DNA from: an uncultured Bacilli bacterium
Lineage (GTDB): Bacteria; Bacillota_I; Bacilli_A; RF39; UBA660
Reading direction: 5' to 3'
NCBI GenBank assembly: GCA_934098435.1
Contig: CAKOOV010000002.1
Coordinates: 22,680 to 86,679, forward strand
DNA length: 64,000 nucleotides
The notes under the pieces are model-generated. The model did not search any database and was not told where the DNA came from. It was given only the letters and a program-made list of their open reading frames with translations. Shown here one piece after another: positions 10,404 to 20,220 of the stretch (position 1 is the stretch's first letter; each line of letters begins with the position of its first letter). The translations under genes were made by a program, and so were the position numbers.

Positions 10404-11046
10404 TTAACCAGTCATAGAAGAAAACATCTTTAGTTTCTTCTTTTCTACTTTCCCTAGCCTTATTTTTAGCTTCCATAACATCATTTTTACTCTTATAACC
10501 CTTCTTACGCCAATTATATAAAATAGTTTCAATATAGCGAAGACTAGTAACCCCATTATAAATAGCTTCTTTCAAAGCTTCCATAATTAACTCATGAGAA
10601 AAATTATCATCAATCCATCCCTTAATAATCTGACATTCCATCGAAGATATAGGTCTACCAAACTCATTTTCAAAAGTACTAAAAATATCACTATTATCTA
10701 GTGTCTTTTCCTTCTTATTATCAATAATCAAACCAACAATCTTCTTATATAACAAATCAAGTGATATATACTCCTCACTCTTACCATCACTATTCTTATC
10801 CAAAGTAATAGATATAATCTTCTTATCATCCAAATTACTAAGTATTTCCATAACTTTAAACTTATCAATTCCTAAATTAACAGCTATTTCTTCAGGATTA
10901 TATACAATTATATCTCCCTTATCAATAATAAAAATAAGTACAATCAATTCCTCAGCAGTAATACCCAATCTCAAATAATAATTAAACAAATATCTAGGTA
11001 CAATTATCGGTCTATCTTTTAACAATTTCTCAATATTATCCATCAT
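10393..11046 (-). CDS. dnaD: DnaD-domain replication initiation/membrane attachment protein
   Basis: C-terminal DnaD/DnaB_2 domain (YIETILYNWRKKG); immediately upstream of nth as in Bacillus. Confidence 0.75.
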   Translation of the reverse strand: MMDNIEKLLKDRPIIVPRYLFNYYLRLGITAEELIVLIFIIDKGDIIVYNPEEIAVNLGIDKFKVMEILSNLDDKKIISITLDKNSDGKSEEYISLDLLYKKIVGLIIDNKKEKTLDNSDIFSTFENEFGRPISSMECQIIKGWIDDNFSHELIMEALKEAIYNGVTSLRYIETILYNWRKKGYKSKNDVMEAKNKARESRKEETKDVFFYDWLNDD

Positions 11047-11437
11047 TACCTCCTAATAAAACTTGATAAGCTAATTCATTATTATCTATATTATAAAAAT
11101 TATAAGTCAAATTATCACCATCTCTTATCTTCTCCTCATAATATAAATTATTTCTTCTATAAACCAAATCCAAATCATTATCCACTATCCCAGTTCTATC
11201 TATACTATATACCTCTTCATAATTCAAATCAAGTACTATTACCCTATCACTAATCTTAATAACATAATAATTATTATCCTTATTCAAATACTCAATATCT
11301 CTAATATCAGTATTATCATAAATATCACCAATTAATTTCTTCTGATAATTATCATTCCTAATAGAAGGATAAATATATATACCAAGTATTAATACAATAA
11401 ACACCATAAGCAATATAAATCCACTTTTCTTAGACAT
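11036..11437 (-). CDS. hypothetical membrane-anchored protein
   Basis: N-terminal TM helix; 11-nt overlap with dnaD start (translational coupling). Confidence 0.5.
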   Translation of the reverse strand: MSKKSGFILLMVFIVLILGIYIYPSIRNDNYQKKLIGDIYDNTDIRDIEYLNKDNNYYVIKISDRVIVLDLNYEEVYSIDRTGIVDNDLDLVYRRNNLYYEEKIRDGDNLTYNFYNIDNNELAYQVLLGGNDG

Positions 11438-11466
11438 ATATTTATCACTTCCTTTAGCCTATTATA

Positions 11467-12063
11467 CTATGATTTTACCTTTTTGTGAATAGTTTTTCCT
11501 CTTATTTTATCTGTTGTAATAATAAAATTATTATCTCTTATAGTCATAGTCAAATAAGACGATTTATCTATCGTATAAGAATCTATCCATATCAAAGCCA
11601 AATGATACATAAACCTATAATTAAACTTACTATAACTATCATAAAAAAGAATATACATATCATTATTTAAAGTAATATAAAAATTCTCATCAATATCATA
11701 TAAATACAAAAAATCACAGTTACCATAATTATCCCTATCAAGTTCTTTAATATATATACAAAAATTATAATCATCAATATTTATCTCTATCTTATCATTT
11801 CTCTTAATAACCAAATCATTAATAACAATACCACTACCAATATCATTCAAATCAATATAATAATCCCTATATATATCATAATCATCATATCCAAAAGATA
11901 ACAAATAATATATATCATTCCTATTAATAAGAAAACTAGTAGTATCATCTCTAATAAATCTAATAGAATTATTAGGTAAATAATTATAATCCTCTTCTTC
12001 CCTATAATAACTATTACATCCAACTAGTAACAATACCATAAATATCAAACATATTTTTTTCAT
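11467..12063 (-). CDS. hypothetical lipoprotein
   Basis: Signal peptide with lipobox LLVGC. Confidence 0.55.
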   Translation of the reverse strand: MKKICLIFMVLLLVGCNSYYREEEDYNYLPNNSIRFIRDDTTSFLINRNDIYYLLSFGYDDYDIYRDYYIDLNDIGSGIVINDLVIKRNDKIEINIDDYNFCIYIKELDRDNYGNCDFLYLYDIDENFYITLNNDMYILFYDSYSKFNYRFMYHLALIWIDSYTIDKSSYLTMTIRDNNFIITTDKIRGKTIHKKVKS

Positions 12064-12102
12064 AGTAATTATTATGTATAAATATTAAAAAAATACTAGA
12101 TA

Positions 12103-13194
12103 TTATCCATAATTATCTAGTACATATTTCTTAATATCATCATAGTTATTATCAAGTTTACCATCTAATATTTTCTTTTCAATATCATCAAGAATCACTT
12201 TAATATACTTACCAGGTTCCTTACCCAAAATATTAGATATATCATTTCCCTTAATCAAAATATCCTTAGAAGTATGAATAGGTAATTCCTGATATATAGA
12301 ATTAATCTTTCTTTTAGAAATACCACGTATTTCCCCATATACAGTACAAAGATAAGGACCATATTTATATAACAAATAATTATCAAGCTTATCATACCTT
12401 AATAATTCTCTTAATTCTTTCATTTCCTCTTTTTCTAACCTAGTAAAAGGATAAATATCATCAACATCTAATTGACACCATATACCAATCAAATCATCAC
12501 AAACCTTAATATTAGATAATTTATTAATATCTAAAGCATTAGTCAAACTTAAATCCATTAATAATTTAATACCCTTTTCCTTATTCTGTGATAAAAATAT
12601 ACAATCAAGTTCCTCTTTCTTTCTATTCATCGATAATCCTTTTAAAAGATAACTATATTTAGATAAAAAATGTTTAGTCTTAGGCTCAATATCAAAATCA
12701 AGTATTGTAGCAAATCTTATACATCTAAGAATTCTAAGAGAATCCTCTTTAATACGATATCTAGGATTTCCTACAGTCCTAAGTATATGATTATCTAAAT
12801 CACTTCTAATATTTAAAATATCCAGTATCTTACCATCACTATTCATACACAAAGTATTTATCGTAAAATCTCTTCTTAACAAATCCTTCTTAATATTCTT
12901 AATATATTTAATTTTAACAGGAATCCTATTATTTTCATACTTAATTTCTTTTCTAAAAGTAGTTATATCATATTTATAACCCTTATAAGATACCACTACA
13001 CTACCATATTCAATATCAGATATACTTACATTATCAAATAAATTTAATATATCCTTAGGAGTAGCAGATGTACATATATCAATATCATTAGTCTTTCTAT
13101 TTAAAAGAGTATCACGTACATAACCACCAACTATATAAGCATCATATCCATTATCCTCAAATTTCTTTAATATTTCAAGTGCCTTCTCTTTCAT
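12103..13194 (-). CDS. cca: CCA-adding tRNA nucleotidyltransferase
   Basis: GGYVRDTLLNRKTNDIDI polymerase beta head motif. Confidence 0.85.
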   Translation of the reverse strand: MKEKALEILKKFEDNGYDAYIVGGYVRDTLLNRKTNDIDICTSATPKDILNLFDNVSISDIEYGSVVVSYKGYKYDITTFRKEIKYENNRIPVKIKYIKNIKKDLLRRDFTINTLCMNSDGKILDILNIRSDLDNHILRTVGNPRYRIKEDSLRILRCIRFATILDFDIEPKTKHFLSKYSYLLKGLSMNRKKEELDCIFLSQNKEKGIKLLMDLSLTNALDINKLSNIKVCDDLIGIWCQLDVDDIYPFTRLEKEEMKELRELLRYDKLDNYLLYKYGPYLCTVYGEIRGISKRKINSIYQELPIHTSKDILIKGNDISNILGKEPGKYIKVILDDIEKKILDGKLDNNYDDIKKYVLDNYG

Positions 13195-13225
13195 AGTACC
13201 TCCATTAATATTATAGCAAATGAGT

Positions 13226-13270
13226 AAAAAAAATGCAAAGTATCTCCTAATACTTTACATTTAATTTCAT
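13226..13270. repeat. copy 1 of a 40-bp direct repeat containing an imperfect hairpin (AAAAAATGCAAAGTATCTCCTAATACTTTACATTTAATTT)
   Basis: 40 nt identical to the copy at 13829..13868. Confidence 0.85.
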
Positions 13271-13304
13271 TTATATACTTTACTACAAACTATTATATAA
13301 ACAT

Positions 13305-13337
13305 ATTGACATATATATATTTCATCTGATATTATAA
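13305..13337 (+). promoter_or_regulatory. sigma-A-type promoter for the NUDIX gene (-35 TTGACA, 18-nt spacer, TG-extended -10 TATTAT)
   Basis: TTGACA at 13305..13310 and TGaTATTAT at 13326..13334. Confidence 0.55.
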
Positions 13338-13356
13338 TATTAAAGAAGGTGAAAAT

Positions 13357-13776
13357 ATGGAAAAAAGAATCAGTTCAAGAGCAGTAATAATCGAAAACAA
13401 TAAAATATTAGTTATGTTCAGAAGAAAAATAAAAGAAGGAAAAAAAGTTGAATACTATGTAATTCCAGGCGGTGGCAAAGAAGAAAACGAAACACTTGAA
13501 GAAAATGTAAAAAGAGAATTATTTGAAGAAATGAATATCAAAATTGATATTTTAGGCTATCTTGGAAAATACGAAAGTGAAAACGCCATTGAACACTACT
13601 TCCATTGTACTATCAAAGAAGGTATTCCAACATTAAGTGGTGAAGAAAAAGATCGAATGACTGAAAATAACTACTACGAAGTTAGATTCGAAGACATTAA
13701 AAATTTAAAAGAACTTCATCTTGCCGCTGAAGATAAAGTATTAAAAGCCATAGAACAAAAATATGAAACTGAATAA
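13357..13776 (+). CDS. NUDIX hydrolase
   Basis: Nudix box GGGKEENETLEENVKRELFEEMN. Confidence 0.85.
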   Translation: MEKRISSRAVIIENNKILVMFRRKIKEGKKVEYYVIPGGGKEENETLEENVKRELFEEMNIKIDILGYLGKYESENAIEHYFHCTIKEGIPTLSGEEKDRMTENNYYEVRFEDIKNLKELHLAAEDKVLKAIEQKYETE

Positions 13777-13828
13777 AAAATTATATTAATAGATTGATTA
13801 ATTCAATCTTTTTTTATTACCATTTAAA

Positions 13829-13868
13829 AAATAAAAAATGCAAAGTATCTCCTAATACTTTACATTTA
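13829..13868. terminator. copy 2 of the 40-bp repeat; acts as a bidirectional terminator for thrS (minus) and the NUDIX gene (plus)
   Basis: Minus RNA GUAAAGUAU-UAGGAG-AUACUUUGC then AUUUUUUAUUUUUU. Confidence 0.65.
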
Positions 13869-13875
13869 ATTTATT

Positions 13876-15621
13876 CTATTTCTTATCCTCTATTTGTTTT
13901 TCTAACATAGATTTAAACTCTTCTAATGTTACAGTAGTACTATCATCACTACCAAACTTACGATAAGTAATAGTATTATTATCCCTTTCATTATTACCAA
14001 GTACTAAAGTATATGGTATCTTCTTAGTTTGAGACTCTCTAATCTTATATCCCATCTTTTCATCTCTAGAATCCAATTCAACTCTAAATTCATCACTTCT
14101 AAGTTCTTCAAGAACCTTATTAGCATACTCTAAATGATATTCATTATTAACTGGAATAATATTTATTTGTACTGGACTAAGCCATAATGGAAAAGCACCT
14201 GCATAATGTTCAATTAAAATACCGATAAATCTTTCTATTGATCCATAAATAACCCTATGAAGCATAACAGGTCTCTTTTTAGAACCATCCTTATCAATAT
14301 AAACCAAATCAAATCTTTCAGGTAAATTCATATCAAGCTGAATAGTACCACATTGCCATACTCTTCCCAAAGAATCTTTAATATGAAAGTCTAGCTTAGG
14401 TCCATAGAAAGCTCCGTCACCAGGATTAATCTTACATTCATGACCAGCCTTATTACAAGCATCCTGCAATGCTTTTTCTGATTTATTCCAGATTTCCAAA
14501 TCACCAATATATTTTTCTTCAGGTCTTGTTGATAATTCAATATCATAAGTTAATCCAAATATTTTATACATTCTATCAATAAAATTAATTAATCTTATAA
14601 CCTCTTCTTCTATTTGATCAGGTCTCATAAAAATATGAGCATCATCTTGAGTAAAAGTTCTTACTCTAAATAAACCATTTAAAGCTCCAGAAGCTTCATG
14701 TCTATGTACTTGTCCTAGTTCTCCTATTCTAAGAGGTAAATCTTTATATGAATGTAAAGAATTTTTATATACTAACATTCCACCAGGACAATTCATAGGT
14801 TTAATAGCAAACACTTTATCATCTATCTCACTAGTATACATATTTTCTCTATAATTATACCAATGACCTGATAACTCCCATAATTCTTTATTTAACATAA
14901 TAGGAGTCTTAACAAATTGATATCCTTCTTTAGTATGTTCTCTATACCAAAAATTTTCAAGTTCATTTCTTAGTATCATTCCTTTAGGCAAGAAGAAAGG
15001 AAATCCAGGTCCATATTCACTTATCATAAATAATTCCAATTCTTTACCCAATTTCTTATGATCTCTTTTTTTCGCTTCCTCAAGAAAATCTAAATGTTCT
15101 TTTAATTCTTCTTCACTTCTAAAACATACTCCATATATTCTCTGAAGCATCTTATTATTGGCGTCTCCCTTCCAATAAGCACCACTTACCTTAAGTAATT
15201 TAAAATATTTTAATTCCTTTACAGTATCAACATGAGGTCCTCTACAAAGATCAGTAAAATCTCCTTGTGTATAACAAGATATTACCGTTTCATTCTCATC
15301 CATTCTACTAATTAAATCTATTTTATATGGATCATCATGGAACATTTCTAAAGCCTCATCTTTAGATATTTCATGTCTTACAATCCTTTTACCATCCTTA
15401 GCAATCTTCTTCATTTCTTTTTCAATTTTAGGCAAATCCTCTTCTTTAATAACATCTTCTCCCAAGTCAATATCATAATAGAAGCCATCCTCTATTACAG
15501 GACCTACCCAAAATTTAGCATTAGGATATAAATGCTTTACAGCTTGTGCAAGTAAATGTGCACAAGAATGATTTAATTTACTTAAATCTTCATTTTCTTT
15601 AATATTTACCATATTTACCAT
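13876..15621 (-). CDS. thrS: threonyl-tRNA synthetase lacking the N-terminal TGS domain
   Basis: Begins at HSCAHLLAQ (N2 editing-domain start); class II catalytic and anticodon-binding domains present; in-frame stop 10 codons upstream of the ATG. Confidence 0.9.
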   Translation of the reverse strand: MVNMVNIKENEDLSKLNHSCAHLLAQAVKHLYPNAKFWVGPVIEDGFYYDIDLGEDVIKEEDLPKIEKEMKKIAKDGKRIVRHEISKDEALEMFHDDPYKIDLISRMDENETVISCYTQGDFTDLCRGPHVDTVKELKYFKLLKVSGAYWKGDANNKMLQRIYGVCFRSEEELKEHLDFLEEAKKRDHKKLGKELELFMISEYGPGFPFFLPKGMILRNELENFWYREHTKEGYQFVKTPIMLNKELWELSGHWYNYRENMYTSEIDDKVFAIKPMNCPGGMLVYKNSLHSYKDLPLRIGELGQVHRHEASGALNGLFRVRTFTQDDAHIFMRPDQIEEEVIRLINFIDRMYKIFGLTYDIELSTRPEEKYIGDLEIWNKSEKALQDACNKAGHECKINPGDGAFYGPKLDFHIKDSLGRVWQCGTIQLDMNLPERFDLVYIDKDGSKKRPVMLHRVIYGSIERFIGILIEHYAGAFPLWLSPVQINIIPVNNEYHLEYANKVLEELRSDEFRVELDSRDEKMGYKIRESQTKKIPYTLVLGNNERDNNTITYRKFGSDDSTTVTLEEFKSMLEKQIEDKK

Positions 15622-15916
15622 TCCTTTCCTTTGATTTCCTTTTCTTATTCATCTTCCTAATCTTAGTTTCTTTCTTAATTTCTCTTCTATATCCAAAACC
15701 ATCATTATCATAATAATGATCATTATTAACATAAATATTATACCTCATTCTAATATATCCATCTAATATTCTAATAGAATCAGAATTAGCACCGAACCAT
15801 CTTAATTCCTCTCTTAATTCTAATAATTCACTCAAATTCAAATCTAAAACACTTAAATACCATAAATAATCTCTATTACCCTGTACCTCTACTGGTACAT
15901 ATCCTTTAATATCCAT
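15599..15916 (-). CDS. 105-aa upstream ORF between the T-box terminator and thrS, unknown function, Lys-rich C-terminus
   Basis: Strong RBS AUAGGAGGUUAGU-AUG immediately after the T-box terminator; 23-nt overlap with thrS start in a different frame. Confidence 0.45.
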   Translation of the reverse strand: MDIKGYVPVEVQGNRDYLWYLSVLDLNLSELLELREELRWFGANSDSIRILDGYIRMRYNIYVNNDHYYDNDGFGYRREIKKETKIRKMNKKRKSKERNGKYGKY

Positions 15917-15945
15917 ACTAACCTCCTATAAATAAAAAAAGACCA

Positions 15946-16135
15946 CTTAAAGGAGAGAATACATCTCGGTACCATCCTTATTTGGTCTTAATTATGATAA
16001 CGGTTTTACCCGGTAATCTCTTTCGAGTACACTCAAAGGTAGTAATTATATATCCCTATTATTAGTTTACACCAACCACTAACTCTCTATAAATAAAATA
16101 TATATAATCATGTCCTTCTCATTGCTTTGAATATG
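15946..16135 (-). promoter_or_regulatory. T-box riboswitch leader (threonine specifier) with intrinsic terminator
   Basis: T-box sequence AAUAAGGAUGGUACCGAG (plus 15965..15982); ACU ACC in the specifier region; AGAGAG stem I motif; terminator AAGACCA...UGGUCUU plus U7 at 15946..16000. Confidence 0.8.
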
Positions 16136-16140
16136 AATAT

Positions 16141-16169
16141 ATTATATGACTATTTCTTTTTTTTGTCAA
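16141..16169 (-). promoter_or_regulatory. sigma-A promoter for the thrS leader (-35 TTGACA, 17-nt spacer, -10 TATAAT)
   Basis: Reverse complement of 16164..16169 is TTGACA and of 16141..16146 is TATAAT. Confidence 0.7.
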
Positions 16170-16172
16170 TAA

Positions 16173-16469
16173 CTATCTATTAATAATATCAATATTTGTA
16201 TAATCAGAATTAACATATTCAACTAATAAAGGTATATTAAACTTTGATATTCTCTTAATAAATTGTTCAAACAATATAGTAAATATATCAATTCTATATA
16301 TTAGTAAATCATCAATAACATTAATACCTATACTTTGCATATAATTAATAATTTTTAAAGCATCATCTTCATTACATGATAAATTAAATAATATCGCTTC
16401 ATTATTATTCTTCATCATCTCAATCAATGTACTATCACTTATATTTACCCTCTTTAAGAAATCAATCAT
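16173..16469 (-). CDS. hypothetical protein (98 aa), last gene of the four-gene orphan operon
   Basis: 4-nt ATGA overlap with the upstream 613-aa gene. Confidence 0.55.
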   Translation of the reverse strand: MIDFLKRVNISDSTLIEMMKNNNEAILFNLSCNEDDALKIINYMQSIGINVIDDLLIYRIDIFTILFEQFIKRISKFNIPLLVEYVNSDYTNIDIINR

Positions 16470-18307
16470 CTTCTAGCTACCCCTCTCAAATCCTTACCAT
16501 ATACTTTTTCTAGACAATCTTCTATATTTCTATATTGTTCTTCAGTTAAAATACTATTTTTACATATAGCATATTTTATTGCTCCCAAAGTACCTGCCAT
16601 ACGATTCTTAATTAAAGTTTCATAAATTCTAAGTACCTTATATCTAGAAATTATTACACCATTAAAATTATATCTTAAATCATCCATCTTATACTCTTCT
16701 ACTTTTTGAATAAAATAATTATTATAAGCAAGAATTATAGGGCCTGCATTTCTATTACTATTTACAACATCATCAAATCTAGAATCAAATGTAGGAATAT
16801 ATTGCCCTACTGATTCAACTTTATTGCTATCATTTAAATTAAATTCATTATTCTTATCATTAGAAATTGAACCCATAAATTGAACCTTCTGTGTTCTTCT
16901 CTTACTATAAATATCTTTATTCATTTGACTAGCTTTAACTATACGATAAAACATCAAATCATCACTTCTTTTATTAACATATGAGAAATTAGATAAAATA
17001 TATTCGTAGCAGCCAACCTCAATAAACTGATCAATTGAAGATAAAGGATCAACAGCCTGAAATGATGACAAAGTATTCTTATATATTTCTGAAGGTATTT
17101 TATAAAAATCAAAACTATCAAAATTTTCTTTTACTTTATTATAAGAAAGACAAAATACACTAGGACAATCTTTAATAATATTAGTAGGATCTATCCCTCT
17201 CGATATAAATAATTTCCTATTTTTAATATAATTATCATATGCTCCAGTTACATATTTTTTATCATCTGAATATAAACCATCTACTGTTTTCTTTTTGCCA
17301 CCAGATCTACTATTATAGTAAGCACGTTTACCATTAATAAATAACGATGGAAAATTTAAATACTTATTTAATAATTCAGTTAAAGAAACATTATAACTAT
17401 TACCTTCATTATCAATATATTTATTACAAGTACAATCATCCTTTAAATTACTCATAATACTTGATACTATATCCCCATTAGAATGTAATAATATCTGAAC
17501 TAGCTTACTACTATAACCTTTAATATATAAAGATACCCCGTTATCACTAAATACCCTCAAAATATCATTTATAGTAGACAAATTACCATACTTAAGTAAT
17601 TGTACTTTGTCTTTATTTTTAAAATCATCGAAATTATAATTATATTTATCAAATAAATCAAAAACATCAGATTCAGATAAATTAGTTTCTTCTAACAAAA
17701 TAACCTCTTCATCATCTTTATTTACCTTTATATTATTAATTAATTCCAACGATTTCAAAGATATATCTTGAATAATAGTCATTTGTTTATCAATAGATAA
17801 ATCAGATAATTTCAAATATAAAGCTATATTATCAATATCTAAAGAAGTTAAATAACCATTTTCACTATATAAATTACTAATCTTACCAATTAAATTTTCA
17901 ATAATTTCTATAGTACTTTTTCTGTCTTTAATATCTTCATTATTATCTATTAATAATTCTTTCTTACCATTCAAATCATTTATTATTCTATTAGTAATAT
18001 CCACTATTTCATTTTTTTGTTCCGTAGTTAAAGGAAAATAACTTAACATTGACAATTTTTTATACATTTCTAATTTATTAATAATATTTATATCAAAATC
18101 AGATAAGACTTTCTTTAACTCTTCTATAGATAAATCACTTATTTTTATCGGATTATCTAATACTGAAAATAAATTATTTAATAAACTATTAAAAGAAAAT
18201 AATAATTTTAATTCTATATTATTTATATCCTTCAATTGACTATTTTTAACTAGTTTTAAAGTATTTATTATTTGTTCTTCCATTTTATCACTTCCTAATT
18301 TTATCAA
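16466..18307 (-). CDS. hypothetical 613-aa protein, N-terminal half coiled-coil-like (I/L/K/E/D/N-rich), no recognisable catalytic motif
   Basis: Long ORF in AT-rich DNA; overlaps neighbours (20 nt and 4 nt). Confidence 0.65.
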   Translation of the reverse strand: MIKLGSDKMEEQIINTLKLVKNSQLKDINNIELKLLFSFNSLLNNLFSVLDNPIKISDLSIEELKKVLSDFDINIINKLEMYKKLSMLSYFPLTTEQKNEIVDITNRIINDLNGKKELLIDNNEDIKDRKSTIEIIENLIGKISNLYSENGYLTSLDIDNIALYLKLSDLSIDKQMTIIQDISLKSLELINNIKVNKDDEEVILLEETNLSESDVFDLFDKYNYNFDDFKNKDKVQLLKYGNLSTINDILRVFSDNGVSLYIKGYSSKLVQILLHSNGDIVSSIMSNLKDDCTCNKYIDNEGNSYNVSLTELLNKYLNFPSLFINGKRAYYNSRSGGKKKTVDGLYSDDKKYVTGAYDNYIKNRKLFISRGIDPTNIIKDCPSVFCLSYNKVKENFDSFDFYKIPSEIYKNTLSSFQAVDPLSSIDQFIEVGCYEYILSNFSYVNKRSDDLMFYRIVKASQMNKDIYSKRRTQKVQFMGSISNDKNNEFNLNDSNKVESVGQYIPTFDSRFDDVVNSNRNAGPIILAYNNYFIQKVEEYKMDDLRYNFNGVIISRYKVLRIYETLIKNRMAGTLGAIKYAICKNSILTEEQYRNIEDCLEKVYGKDLRGVARR

Positions 18308-20210
18308 TATCTTCTAAAGGAACTTCCGGATTTTTAGATAACTTATCATAAATAGCATATGCATCATCAATCAAGCCAAAAACCTCACTTTTACTCGAAG
18401 AATCAAAATCACTATTAAATAAATTAAATACATGTCTTATATTAACTATCTCACGAGCAATTCGACTATTAAAATATGCAGGTACCCTATCACTATCATT
18501 AAGTTTTTCACGACAACCAATAATTAATAAAACAGAAGGATTATCTATGCCATATGCTTCACTCAATATTTCTTTGTTTTTAGCGGATACTGATAATTTA
18601 ACATAAGCAACTCTACCATCACCACTTCTATTTCTATATGCCTTTACCTCTTTAGTATAATCAGGTATTTTTCTTTCAGAACTAGGTTGAAGTTCCCTAC
18701 TTCCTAATATATCTTTAGATTGATAAAATTCATATCTTTTAAGATTATGTAATATACTTACAATATTATTCATAACAGACTTTTGTTCTTTAAGTATTAT
18801 CTTTTGATCATCATAAACACAATAATTACCATCCTCTAGTGGTAAAAATAATATTATTGAATTATCCTTATTCACTTGTTCTTCTAAAGGTTCTTCTGTA
18901 ATATTTCTTTCAACATTTAATACTTCATATTCTCTCTTTAATCTAGTTATTAAACTTATTACATCAGCCTTTTGACTATTTAAACAACTATTTATATCAT
19001 CTTGTAATCCTTCATTTACATATTCTTTTTCATTAGCACGATATTCCAAATATTCATCAAAAGATTCTTTTAACTTTCTAAATAATTCCAAACACATTAC
19101 ATAATTTACAGAAAACCTCTCACTAATTTCAGCAGTATTAGTATCACCACCTTTAATAAGTTCTAAAATACTATGTATCATATTTTTATCAACTTCATTA
19201 AACTTATCATAAGCATCAAACTCTAATTCCCCTAAAGATAAATACTTTTCTATTTCTTTTTTTTCTTCTTGAGTAAAATCATCTACTTGTGAAACAAATT
19301 GAGACTGTTCTTCTTTCTTATATTCATGATTAAATATTTCAAGAATATAATTAAATATTATCATTATTTCATTTCTGTGTTCTTTAAAACTAGGTAATAA
19401 ATTTTCTTTTAAATCCTCTATAATAAGATTTAACTTATCTGGAGATGAATCATATACCTTAATCCTTGTATCTAAACTATAATCCCCCTTAAGTAAATCA
19501 ACTAATGAATCATGTACCAAGGTTTTACCTTTTTCATAATTATCAATAATAAACATTATTTTATCATAAATATCTAATTCATCAGCACTTAAAGAAAGTT
19601 CATCTTGCTTATTATCATAACCATCATTTTCTACTTTATTATCTTCATCTATTACTCTTTGTATTCTTTCAGAATTCTCACTTATAATAATTTCTTGTTT
19701 GCGTTGATTCAATTTTCTTAATTGTTCTGCATAAGAAATACTATCTTTAGAAAATAACAATGTTAAATTATACTTTACACTTTCATCTAAACTAGTATTA
19801 TTTAAAAATATAAAAAATCTATTTAATTCATCCTTATTTAAATGTCTAACAATTTTACCATCATTAATTAAACTCAAATATTCATAATAATCATCTAATT
19901 CATTATTAGAATCCAAATTCAATTTATAAATTTTCATTTCCAAAGTTCTAGAGGCGCTTAATAAAATCTGTTTCAACTCTTTCAAATAATCTTTCGCCGC
20001 TTCAACCTGAGGAATATTATCATCATTAAATAAACGTATTATACTTATTGCTTCCATGATTTTATTAACTTTACTAGTAATATCTTCATTAGGATAAATA
20101 AATGACAATACATTCTTTAAATCATCAACATTCATCTTTTCAAATTCATAATCACCAATTACCTTATCAAGAAAATCAATATTCCTCTTTAATTCCATCA
20201 AATCATTCAT
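18288..20210 (-). CDS. hypothetical 640-aa protein, mostly helical/acidic; the C-terminal about 100 aa weakly resemble a RelE/ParE-like fold (YRNRSGDGRVAYVKL...VLLIIGCREK)
   Basis: Long ORF; translationally coupled to the downstream gene. Confidence 0.65.
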   Translation of the reverse strand: MNDLMELKRNIDFLDKVIGDYEFEKMNVDDLKNVLSFIYPNEDITSKVNKIMEAISIIRLFNDDNIPQVEAAKDYLKELKQILLSASRTLEMKIYKLNLDSNNELDDYYEYLSLINDGKIVRHLNKDELNRFFIFLNNTSLDESVKYNLTLLFSKDSISYAEQLRKLNQRKQEIIISENSERIQRVIDEDNKVENDGYDNKQDELSLSADELDIYDKIMFIIDNYEKGKTLVHDSLVDLLKGDYSLDTRIKVYDSSPDKLNLIIEDLKENLLPSFKEHRNEIMIIFNYILEIFNHEYKKEEQSQFVSQVDDFTQEEKKEIEKYLSLGELEFDAYDKFNEVDKNMIHSILELIKGGDTNTAEISERFSVNYVMCLELFRKLKESFDEYLEYRANEKEYVNEGLQDDINSCLNSQKADVISLITRLKREYEVLNVERNITEEPLEEQVNKDNSIILFLPLEDGNYCVYDDQKIILKEQKSVMNNIVSILHNLKRYEFYQSKDILGSRELQPSSERKIPDYTKEVKAYRNRSGDGRVAYVKLSVSAKNKEILSEAYGIDNPSVLLIIGCREKLNDSDRVPAYFNSRIAREIVNIRHVFNLFNSDFDSSSKSEVFGLIDDAYAIYDKLSKNPEVPLEDIDKIRK

Positions 20211-20220
20211 TATTTATCAC

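Noticed and set aside
15599-15916. Possibility that the 105-aa uORF is the displaced TGS domain of ThrRS created by a frameshift
   Set aside because: Its sequence shows no resemblance to the TGS beta-grasp consensus. It is kept as a separate uORF of unknown function; the frameshift idea is not supported.
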